Both the position numbers and the translations under genes were made by a program. A stretch of DNA of 64,000 nucleotides from a bacterium (lineage in GTDB: Bacteria; CLD3; SB21), in contig JABWCP010000003.1 of NCBI GenBank assembly GCA_013360215.1, positions 1-64,000 on the forward strand, written 5' to 3'. Below the pieces are notes generated by a model. That model made no database searches and was not told the DNA's origin. It was given only the letters and a program-made list of their open reading frames with translations. Shown one piece after another: positions 7,996 to 16,572 of this stretch; position 1 is the first letter of the stretch, and every line of letters starts with the position of its first letter.

Positions 7996-9402
7996 TTATA
8001 AATACTTCATTACCAATTTGACGATTTTTTTTACACGCTCCGTGTACGGAGGGTACACAAGCTTCATCGTGGTCAAACCGCGTCGTTGTTTGAGAATACC
8101 GCGCTCATTGGAGAATGCGAGAAATCCATAATATCCGTGCGCTTTGCCGATACCGCTGGTATTCACACCGCCGAACGGTAAATCCGGATGCGCAAAGTTG
8201 AGTGTGGTTTCATTGATACATGTCGAACCGGCTGTGGTCTGAGCGATGATCGCGTCAGCTTTTGTCATATCCGTACTGAAAATATACAAATTCAGCGGCC
8301 GCTCCTGCGTGTTGATATAAGCAATCACTTCATCACGATGCGTATATTCCAGCAGCGGAAGTATCGGGCCAAAAATTTCATCCTGCATCACCGCGTGATC
8401 TGTTGTAACGTTACCAAGCACCGTCGGGGCAACATAACGTCGCGCAGCATCGGAATGATTTCCCGCAAGCACTTTCGCGCCCTGGGCCACGGTCGTGCGG
8501 ATCAGTGAGGCAATACGTTCATAGTGACGGTCGCTCACAAGACTGGCTACATCCGGCGAGGGCTCGTTCGCCGCGCCAAACATACGTGCGTACATGGCAA
8601 CCAGCGCTTCACAAAATGCCGTGTAAATCGTATGATGTACGTACACATAATTAGGCGCCATACAAGACTGGCCGCCATTCATAAATTTTCCCCACAACAA
8701 TTTGGAAACCGTATCTTCGATATCCGCCGTTTCGTCAACGATCACCGGGTTTTTTCCGCCAAGTTCCAGCGTTACGGAACTGAGATGCTCCGCCGCCGCG
8801 TGCATTACTTTTTTTCCGATGGCCGGGCTGCCGGTAAAAAAAATATGATGAAAAGGTAATTTCAATAAAGCTTCCGCTGCCACATGATCCCCTTCGACGA
8901 CGCACACTTCATTGGGATCAAATAATTCGGCTATCATGCGGGCAATAAGCCGGGACGTTTGCGGCGTCATTTCGGAAGGTTTTAAAATACAACAATTTCC
9001 CGCCGCGATCGCGGAAATCAGCGGCCCTACGGACAACATAAAAGGAAAATTCCACGGCGCTAAAATCAGACATACGCCTTTGGGTTCATACACGACTTTG
9101 GATCGTGTACCGAAAAAAAGCAGAGGGGTGGATACGTACCGCGGCGCCATCCAGGAACGAATATGAGCGAGAGCATGTTCGATCTCCATCAACACAGGAC
9201 GGATATCCGTCAGGTCCACTTCGACGGACGGTTTACGAAAGTCCTCGTAAATCGCATCGCGAATATCCTGCACGTGCGTTGTGATCCATGTGCGGATTTT
9301 TTTGAGTTTGACGATACGCGCATCGGGGCGGGATGACTTGATATGATTTTGAAAATGCTTCTTCTGCGCTTCAAATAATTCACTGAAACGATAATCCTGC
9401 AT
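7996..9402 (-). CDS. Aldehyde dehydrogenase (ALDH3/fatty-aldehyde type)
   Basis: PWNFP, FTGS, LELGGKNP, GQSC catalytic Cys, EIFGP, PFGG; ATG 9402 preferred over TTG 9408. Confidence 0.93.
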   Translation of the reverse strand: MQDYRFSELFEAQKKHFQNHIKSSRPDARIVKLKKIRTWITTHVQDIRDAIYEDFRKPSVEVDLTDIRPVLMEIEHALAHIRSWMAPRYVSTPLLFFGTRSKVVYEPKGVCLILAPWNFPFMLSVGPLISAIAAGNCCILKPSEMTPQTSRLIARMIAELFDPNEVCVVEGDHVAAEALLKLPFHHIFFTGSPAIGKKVMHAAAEHLSSVTLELGGKNPVIVDETADIEDTVSKLLWGKFMNGGQSCMAPNYVYVHHTIYTAFCEALVAMYARMFGAANEPSPDVASLVSDRHYERIASLIRTTVAQGAKVLAGNHSDAARRYVAPTVLGNVTTDHAVMQDEIFGPILPLLEYTHRDEVIAYINTQERPLNLYIFSTDMTKADAIIAQTTAGSTCINETTLNFAHPDLPFGGVNTSGIGKAHGYYGFLAFSNERGILKQRRGLTTMKLVYPPYTERVKKIVKLVMKYL

Positions 9403-9443
9403 TTTCAAGTCCTGCCTAAAACAACGTTAAAAATTATATCGCA

Positions 9444-12400
9444 CTATAGCTCAAACGCATCACGCACAAGCTGTTCCTGCTCGGCCTGATGCACGCTGAG
9501 CGAACCGACGGCGGGGCTTGCACTGGCTTTGCGTCCTGCGTAAACTAATTTTTGTTTCGCCGTCAGATCATTCGCCAGACGCTCTAACAGAAAATTCCAC
9601 GAACCCATATTGCGCGGCTCTTCCTGTGCCCACGCCACCGTAGCGGCATTGGGGTAGGACGCGAGGATACGCTTCATAGTATCCGTATCGTACGGATAAA
9701 TCTGCTCCAAGCGCACCAACGCGACATCGCTGCGGTTATTCTTCGTGCGAAATTTAGCCAGATCATAATGCACTTTGCCGGCCGAAATAATTACGCGCGT
9801 TATAGCTTGGCGATCCGTGACCGTCGCATCGTCCAATATTTCGTGAAACGTGCCGTTTGTAAATTCGTGTTTGTATGAACGCGCATCCGGCAAACGCAGG
9901 AGGCTTTTGGGCGTCATAATGATCAACGGTTTTTCCGTTTTCTGACGGATCTGGCGCCGCAACGCGTGGAAATACTGCGCCGGTGTCGTCAGATTGCAAA
10001 CGATCATATTATCCTCCGCACAGAGTTGCAGGTAACGTTCAAGACGTGCACTGGAGTGCTCAGGACCCTGCCCTTCATAGCCGTGCGGCAGCAGCATCAC
10101 CAGCGATGTAGAAAGACTCCATTTGGATTTGCAGCTCGCGATAAAATTATCAATGATCGGCTGCGCCACATTGCTAAAGTCTCCGAACTGCGCTTCCCAT
10201 AATACAAGCGTAAGCGGATCGGCAATGGAATAGCCAAATTCAAAACCCAATACGGCCGTTTCCGACAAAAGACTGTCCACCGCTTCGATTTTGGATTGAT
10301 TGATTTCGATAAAATTCATCGGAATATAATCGAGATCGGTATTCATATCCGTCAGCGCAAGATGGCGATGGCTAAACGTACCGCGCGAAATATCTTCTCC
10401 CGAAAGGCGAATCGGCGTACCTTCCATCAGCAGCGTGCCGAACGCCAACGCTTCACCGAACGCCCAATCCACGGTCACACTGTCGTCATGCATGAATTTT
10501 TTGCGCGTATCTATAAACGATTGTAATTTGGGATGCAACGTAAATTCGTGCGGCAGTCGCGTGAGGCCTTCGACGACCTTTGCAAGCAATTCACCGGATA
10601 CGGCTGTTCCCTGCGAAGTCGGTGCCGCCTGCGCGGCTTCTTCAGAAATCGCCAATGGCGTTTCCGATTGGTACGGGATAGCTTTCTGTTTGGCCGCATC
10701 AAGCGCCGTATTGAGCGCTTGGTAAAAATCAGATTCCATGGCTTTAAATTCGTCCGCCGTGATGACTTTTTCGCCGATCAGGCGCGCACCGTAAAGCTCT
10801 TTGACGGAATCGTGATCTTTGATTTTTTTATACATGACCGGCTGCGTATAGCCCGGTTCATCGCCTTCATTGTGGCCGTGACGCCGGTAGCCGAGTACGT
10901 CAATCACGACATCTTTTTCAAACTTCTGACGGTATTCGAACGCCAGCTGCGTAACCCAGAGCGATGCTTCCGGATCGTCGCCGTTGACGTGAAAAATCGG
11001 TGCTTGCACCATACGCGCCACATCGGACGAATATGTGGATGAACGCGCCGCTTCGGGCGTGGTGGTAAATCCGATCTGATTATTGATGATCAGATGCAGC
11101 GTTCCCCGCGTGCGGTATCCTTTGAGTTGAGACAAGTTCAGTGTTTCCGCAACGACGCCTTGTCCAGCAAATGCCGCATCTCCATGTATCAAAACGGCCA
11201 TTACGTTTTTATTGTATTCGCCGGGCATACGCGTTTGTTTGGCACGCACGATGCCTTCGACAACCGGATTGACAAATTCCAAATGGCTCGGATTGGGTGC
11301 GACGGAAATTTTTACCGATTTGCCGCTGCGCGTGGGATAATTACCGGTCGCGCCGAGGTGATACTTCACATCGCCGGAACCTTGCGCCGAATGCGGATCG
11401 TGATGGCCTTCAAATTCCGAAAAAATCTTTTGATACGATTTGCCGATAATATTGGCCAGCACATTGAGCCGGCCGCGGTGCGCCATACCCAGCACGACTT
11501 CTTTGACGCCGTCGTCTCCGCACCACTGCAACATCGCATCCAGCACAGCGATAATCGTTTCCGATCCTTCAAGCGAAAACCGTTTCGAGCCGACAAACTT
11601 GGTGTGCAAAAACCGCTCGAAACTTTCCGCTTCGATGAGTTTTTTCAAAATTTGCTTTTTTTCTTCTTTGGAATATTTGCCGGTATTGCGGGAAGATTCC
11701 ATACGTTCCTGCAGCCAAGCCTTTTCTTCAGGGCTTTGAATGTGACGAAACTCCACGCCGATGCGGTCACAATACGTTTGATGCAAAATGTCGAGAATTT
11801 CTTTGAGCGTCGCTTTCTTTTTTCCCGCTAAGCCGCCGGTAATAAATTCACGATCATAATCCCATACCGTAAAACCGTAAGTTTGCGAATCCAATTCCGG
11901 GTGATACAGCATCTGCGGCGTGAGCGGATCGAGATTGGCCAATAAGTGGCCGCGCACGCGAAACATATTGACCATCTCCAAAATACGCGCTTGCTTTTCG
12001 ATCAGTTCAAAATCCTGCGATTTACCGAACGCCATCGGATAATTATCCACCTGCCACTGCGCCGGTTTGACGGGCAATTGCAAGGCCTCAAAAATCTCAT
12101 CGTAAAAACCGTCTTCGCCGAGCAAAAGTTCATGCAGTTTTTTGAGGAAAAGCCCCGATTCGGCGCCTTGAATAATGCGATGATCGTAGGTGCTGGTAAC
12201 ATTCATCACTTTACTAATGCCCATCGCCGAAAGATTGGATTCCGGCATGCCGTGGTATTGCGCAGGAAAATCAATCGCACCGGTGGCGATAATCGCACCC
12301 TGTCCGACCATGAGTCGCGGGTTGGAAGAAACCGTGCCTACGGTGCCGGGATTGGTCAGCGAAATCGTCGTGCCCATAAAATCCGCCGGCTCGATCTTAT

Positions 12401-13079
12401 TGGCACGCGCCCGGCGAATAATGTCATCATACGCCGCAAAGAACTGAACAAAATTCATAGCTCCGGCATTTTTGATATTGGGTACGATCAAAGAACGGCT
12501 ACCGTCTTTTTTCTCCTGATCTACGGCAAGGCCAAGATTGATTTGCGGCTTGCGTATGACATGCGGTTCGCCGTTCATCACGGTAAAGGCATTATTCATC
12601 ACCGGATGCGCCTTGAGCGTTTTGACGATAGCCCACCCGATAAAATGAGTAAACGATAATTTACCGCGATTGGATTTTTTTAAAAAATTATTAATAATGG
12701 CGCGGTTCTCTTCGAGGATTTTTACGGGTATGGTGCGAAACGACGTAGCCAGCGGAAGACTCAAACTGTACGACATGTTTTCAACGATCTTCGCGCCGAC
12801 GCCGCGCAGCACAACGGCTTCTTCTCCGGCGGCCGGTTTGGGCATTGGAATGTTAGCCATCAAAGACCCGTTGCCGTTAGAACTTTCCGCCGGTTTGGCT
12901 GTTACCGGTTTGCCAGACATACGATCAAAGAAATCCTGCCAGGATTCGTTGACCATCGTGCTATTGTTTTTATAACTGGCCAGCAACTCTTCCACAAACC
13001 AGGAGTTCATGCCAAATTTTTCAAGTTCGCTGATTTCTTTTTCGGTAAACGTCGTTTCTTCCATGTTATTATTCTTCAT
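9444..13079 (-). CDS. kgd: Multifunctional 2-oxoglutarate dehydrogenase: E1 fused to an N-terminal E2-like acyltransferase domain (Kgd/OdhA type)
   Basis: YDHRIIQG acyltransferase motif, then GMAHRGRLN, HGDAAFAGQG, EAQFGDF, GPEHSSAR; start uncertain (13079 or 13064). Confidence 0.9.
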   Translation of the reverse strand: MKNNNMEETTFTEKEISELEKFGMNSWFVEELLASYKNNSTMVNESWQDFFDRMSGKPVTAKPAESSNGNGSLMANIPMPKPAAGEEAVVLRGVGAKIVENMSYSLSLPLATSFRTIPVKILEENRAIINNFLKKSNRGKLSFTHFIGWAIVKTLKAHPVMNNAFTVMNGEPHVIRKPQINLGLAVDQEKKDGSRSLIVPNIKNAGAMNFVQFFAAYDDIIRRARANKIEPADFMGTTISLTNPGTVGTVSSNPRLMVGQGAIIATGAIDFPAQYHGMPESNLSAMGISKVMNVTSTYDHRIIQGAESGLFLKKLHELLLGEDGFYDEIFEALQLPVKPAQWQVDNYPMAFGKSQDFELIEKQARILEMVNMFRVRGHLLANLDPLTPQMLYHPELDSQTYGFTVWDYDREFITGGLAGKKKATLKEILDILHQTYCDRIGVEFRHIQSPEEKAWLQERMESSRNTGKYSKEEKKQILKKLIEAESFERFLHTKFVGSKRFSLEGSETIIAVLDAMLQWCGDDGVKEVVLGMAHRGRLNVLANIIGKSYQKIFSEFEGHHDPHSAQGSGDVKYHLGATGNYPTRSGKSVKISVAPNPSHLEFVNPVVEGIVRAKQTRMPGEYNKNVMAVLIHGDAAFAGQGVVAETLNLSQLKGYRTRGTLHLIINNQIGFTTTPEAARSSTYSSDVARMVQAPIFHVNGDDPEASLWVTQLAFEYRQKFEKDVVIDVLGYRRHGHNEGDEPGYTQPVMYKKIKDHDSVKELYGARLIGEKVITADEFKAMESDFYQALNTALDAAKQKAIPYQSETPLAISEEAAQAAPTSQGTAVSGELLAKVVEGLTRLPHEFTLHPKLQSFIDTRKKFMHDDSVTVDWAFGEALAFGTLLMEGTPIRLSGEDISRGTFSHRHLALTDMNTDLDYIPMNFIEINQSKIEAVDSLLSETAVLGFEFGYSIADPLTLVLWEAQFGDFSNVAQPIIDNFIASCKSKWSLSTSLVMLLPHGYEGQGPEHSSARLERYLQLCAEDNMIVCNLTTPAQYFHALRRQIRQKTEKPLIIMTPKSLLRLPDARSYKHEFTNGTFHEILDDATVTDRQAITRVIISAGKVHYDLAKFRTKNNRSDVALVRLEQIYPYDTDTMKRILASYPNAATVAWAQEEPRNMGSWNFLLERLANDLTAKQKLVYAGRKASASPAVGSLSVHQAEQEQLVRDAFEL

Positions 13080-13223
13080 TTCCTCTATGGTGCCTGATGT
13101 TTTTACAGGGCTGTGATAATAAACCAAAACGCCATAAAATTCAAATGGAATTGTCCTTTATCCACACAAATCCAACGCTTGATTTTCCATTAAATTCTTG
13201 CTACCATCGCAAGGCATATTCGT

Positions 13224-14066
13224 ATGAAAAAACTTTTTTTTGCAGATCGGATAAAGGCCCCAACCTTTTGGGCCCAAAGACGGTACTATATGACCGTCGT
13301 GATGTTCTTTTTCATATTGTCAGACTTGGCCGCGCAAACGCCTTATACCTGGATGCGCAGCGCCGATTCGCTGGCCGCGCAGTACAATGCGGCACAAGCC
13401 GTTGACGCGTACCGTCACGTCGTTCAAAAAGATTCGGCTAACTGCGAAGCCCGGTGGAAACTGGCGTTGCAGACGATTGCACTGGGCAACGATTTGCCCA
13501 AATGCGAAGAGCAGGAAAAACTTTACGCCGAAGCATTTGAATGGGCGCGTGTCGCCGTAAGCTGCGATTCTTCGTCGTTGGCGGCGTGGTTGACCTTGGC
13601 CACCGCGGCCGAACGTGCGGCAATGGACGAATTCGGTTCGCGCCATAGCGTCTTATTAGCGGAAATGCGTTTTGCGGCAGAACGTGCGCTGGCTCTGGAT
13701 TCGCTCTCCGATGAAGCCGAACATCTTCTCGGTTTATGGAATCGTTTTGTCGCCAATGCGTCGTGGTTTTCGCGTACGACGGCCCGCCTTATGGGAACAG
13801 CCTACGGCACGGCCGCCATATCGCGCAGTATCGAACACTTTCAACGCGCGATACGTTTGCATCGGGACGAACCGCGGCATTATTTAGAATTGGGACGCAC
13901 GCTGGTGCTGATCGAGCGATGGAAAGAAGCCGATTCGGCGTTTACCAAAGCAGCTGAACTGCCCTGGCAAGACCGCTATGCGCACCGTCATCGCCGCGAT
14001 GCACGCCACTATCGCGAACTTCTGCGCGAAGGCCGGTATGCGGAATTGAAAAATAGTATTGAATAA
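13224..14066 (+). CDS. TPR-like helical repeat protein, probably exported (RMD1-like)
   Basis: Hydrophobic segment VVMFFFILSDLAAQ; TPR-like A..LD/HYLELG patterns; true start may be 13289. Confidence 0.65.
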   Translation: MKKLFFADRIKAPTFWAQRRYYMTVVMFFFILSDLAAQTPYTWMRSADSLAAQYNAAQAVDAYRHVVQKDSANCEARWKLALQTIALGNDLPKCEEQEKLYAEAFEWARVAVSCDSSSLAAWLTLATAAERAAMDEFGSRHSVLLAEMRFAAERALALDSLSDEAEHLLGLWNRFVANASWFSRTTARLMGTAYGTAAISRSIEHFQRAIRLHRDEPRHYLELGRTLVLIERWKEADSAFTKAAELPWQDRYAHRHRRDARHYRELLREGRYAELKNSIE

Positions 14067-14096
14067 CATAACGGATTGATTTGAAGGAGTATCCCC

Positions 14097-14312
14097 ATGA
14101 CTATTCGCGTGACCAACGCCGAAAACGGCATCAACGAAGAATTTAAAAGCAATAACCTCGACTTTATCCGTCGCAGCTATACGGAATTTGATGATGTACA
14201 AAAGATGTCGGAAGAAGATTACAAAAAACTTGCCATTCTGATCGTAAAAAAACGTTATACCGACACACGTTTTGATAATCTGGAATGGATCGTAACTACG
14301 GAAAACGATTAA
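14097..14312 (+). CDS. Small hypothetical protein (71 aa)
   Basis: AAGGAG RBS; fits in operon between neighbours. Confidence 0.7.
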   Translation: MTIRVTNAENGINEEFKSNNLDFIRRSYTEFDDVQKMSEEDYKKLAILIVKKRYTDTRFDNLEWIVTTEND

Positions 14313-14315
14313 TTC

Positions 14316-14783
14316 ATGGCATTGCTCAAACTTGGCGCCAAGGCTCCTGATTTTAGTTTAGAGGATACCCACGGTAATGTGGTAAAGCTTTCAGCTTACC
14401 AAGGCCAAATGGTGGTACTCTATTTTTACCCGCAGGATAATACGCCGACCTGTACGATCGAAGCATGCAGTTTTCGTGATGCCCACGCGGCCTTCAAAAA
14501 AAACAAAATTGCCGTTTTCGGTATCAGCCCGGATTCGGTAAAAAAGCATCAGAACTTTACTAAAAAACACGAATTGCCGTTCCCGCTTTTGACCGATACG
14601 GAGCACCGCGTGATCAAAACATACGGGGTATGGGGACCAAAGAAATTATTTGGTCGCGCGTATCACGGGGTCTTACGCACAACCTATATTATCAACGAAA
14701 AAGGAAACATCGCCTTTGTGTTCGATAAAGTTCATGCCGAAACGCATGCGGAGGATGTTTTGAAAGCGATAAAAGCCTTGTGA
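14316..14783 (+). CDS. bcp: Thioredoxin-dependent peroxiredoxin Bcp
   Basis: YFYPQDNTPTCTIEACSFRD motif. Confidence 0.93.
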   Translation: MALLKLGAKAPDFSLEDTHGNVVKLSAYQGQMVVLYFYPQDNTPTCTIEACSFRDAHAAFKKNKIAVFGISPDSVKKHQNFTKKHELPFPLLTDTEHRVIKTYGVWGPKKLFGRAYHGVLRTTYIINEKGNIAFVFDKVHAETHAEDVLKAIKAL

Positions 14784-15283
14784 AAAAAACAATCTACACG
14801 GCGACTATTCTTATCTTTTGCTGCGTCGCACCTTTGGCTACCGCGCAAACATCGTGGGAAACGCATCGGTTTGAGCCGTATCGTATCGAATTTAAGACGC
14901 CACCGCACTGGCAGATCAGTATCAATACGGACGGGGAAAAGAGTTTTATCGAATGCTACAGCCCGGACAGCGAGATTTATTTTTTTATTACGGTCGCTGA
15001 AAACGAAAAAAAATCCGATCCCGATATTGTTCTGCAATACCTCAAAGTCGGCTCGCTCAATTCAGAATTTATCCGCGACGAGGCCCGCAAAATCAATAAT
15101 ATTGATTTCAAATTTTCGATCGGTATCAAAACGGTAAATAATTATTCCACGTATATCCGTATCGGCGTCGGTCAATACAAAGACAAAATCTATATGCTTG
15201 AAAGCGGTTTTAGCCGTGTGGACAGCGACGCCTCGGAAGCCTTACTCGATCAAGTCATTTCCAGTTTCAAAGCTATTCGGTAA
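14780..15283 (+). CDS. Exported hypothetical protein (PsbP/DcrB-like fold possible)
   Basis: Signal peptide MKKTIYTATILIFCCVAPLATAQ; F..P..W near the N-terminus and ISSFK at the C-terminus. Confidence 0.6.
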   Translation: MKKTIYTATILIFCCVAPLATAQTSWETHRFEPYRIEFKTPPHWQISINTDGEKSFIECYSPDSEIYFFITVAENEKKSDPDIVLQYLKVGSLNSEFIRDEARKINNIDFKFSIGIKTVNNYSTYIRIGVGQYKDKIYMLESGFSRVDSDASEALLDQVISSFKAIR

Positions 15284-15289
15284 CCTATC

Positions 15290-16525
15290 ATGAAAAAGCA
15301 ATTGCTTATTCTAGGGACAGGATTCGGTGGATTCAGTCTTATGAAAGGCATTCGTTCGGATCTCTACGATGTCACCGTGGTAAGTACCCGTAATCATTTT
15401 TTATTTACGCCGCTGCTGCCGAGCACTACCGTCGGCACGATCGAATTTCGCAGCATCATCGAACCCGTACGGCTTGCACGTAAAGATGTTACTTTTTATC
15501 AGGCCGGTGCCACAGCTCTCCATCCCGAAAAGCGCACCGTCATTTGCCGGAATAGCGCCGATGCACAAACCTTTGAACTGCATTACGATACTTTAGTCAT
15601 CGCGGTCGGAGCCGTAAATAATACGTTTAAAATTCCCGGTGTAGCGGAATACGCTTATTTTCTCAAAGAACTTCGCGATGCCCGGCGCATTCGCCAGCGT
15701 ATCATTGATAATTTCGAACGCGCATCCACACCCGGTTTGGACGCGGCCGAAATGCAACGTCTGCTGCACATCGTCGTCGTTGGCGGTGGCCCGACCGGGG
15801 TCGAATTCGCCGCAGAAATGGCCGATTTTTTGGAAGAAGAATTAGAAAAGGGATTTCCACATCTTGTCGGTATGGCTAAAATCACTCTTATTGAGGCCGG
15901 TAAACAAATCCTGAGCGCTTTTGATCATACCGTCTCGGAATATGCCATCAAACTTTTCAATCGTCGCCGTGTTACCATTCTTACAGGCAAGTCAGTCAAA
16001 GAAGTGACGGCACAAGAACTCACATTGCACGACGGCACCCAATTTTCGCATGGGTTGGTGGTATGGTCCACCGGCAACGGGCCAACCGATTTCGTGCAAA
16101 GTTTATCATGCCCTAAAGATCGTGCCGGACGCATTTTGGTGGATTCTTTTTTTAGGGTCAAAGATAACCCCGATATCTATGCGCTCGGCGATTGCGCTAC
16201 GACGGAGGAAAAGTCTTTGATCGCGACGGCACAGGTGGCTAATCAAGGCGGAAAATATTTGGCAAACTATCTCAATCAGCTTGCCAGAGGAAAATCGGCG
16301 GAATCATTAAAACCGTTTGTTTATAAACATCTGGGCATGCTGGCGTATATCGGCGATAATCGGGCCGTTGCCGATTTTGATGCGACCACCTCGCAAGGTT
16401 TTGCAACATGGATTTTCTGGAGATCCGCGTATCTGACCAAACTCGTCAGTTTAAAAAACAAAGCCATGGTGTTGTTTGATTGGGCCAAAGCGTTTCTTTT
16501 TGGCCGTGATGTGAGTCGGTTTTGA
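15290..16525 (+). CDS. ndh: Type II NADH:quinone oxidoreductase (NDH-2)
   Basis: GTGFGG and GGGPTGVEFAAE dinucleotide motifs, FTPLL, YALGDC, TAQVANQ. Confidence 0.92.
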   Translation: MKKQLLILGTGFGGFSLMKGIRSDLYDVTVVSTRNHFLFTPLLPSTTVGTIEFRSIIEPVRLARKDVTFYQAGATALHPEKRTVICRNSADAQTFELHYDTLVIAVGAVNNTFKIPGVAEYAYFLKELRDARRIRQRIIDNFERASTPGLDAAEMQRLLHIVVVGGGPTGVEFAAEMADFLEEELEKGFPHLVGMAKITLIEAGKQILSAFDHTVSEYAIKLFNRRRVTILTGKSVKEVTAQELTLHDGTQFSHGLVVWSTGNGPTDFVQSLSCPKDRAGRILVDSFFRVKDNPDIYALGDCATTEEKSLIATAQVANQGGKYLANYLNQLARGKSAESLKPFVYKHLGMLAYIGDNRAVADFDATTSQGFATWIFWRSAYLTKLVSLKNKAMVLFDWAKAFLFGRDVSRF

Positions 16526-16572
16526 TCGAAAGGCATAGCTACACAGTTAATCGTTCCCAAGCGGAAAATATC

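Noticed and set aside
9763-12975. Numerous antisense or alternate-frame ORFs over kgd (and likewise over other long genes)
   Set aside because: Shadow ORFs with no motifs, fully overlapping well-supported genes
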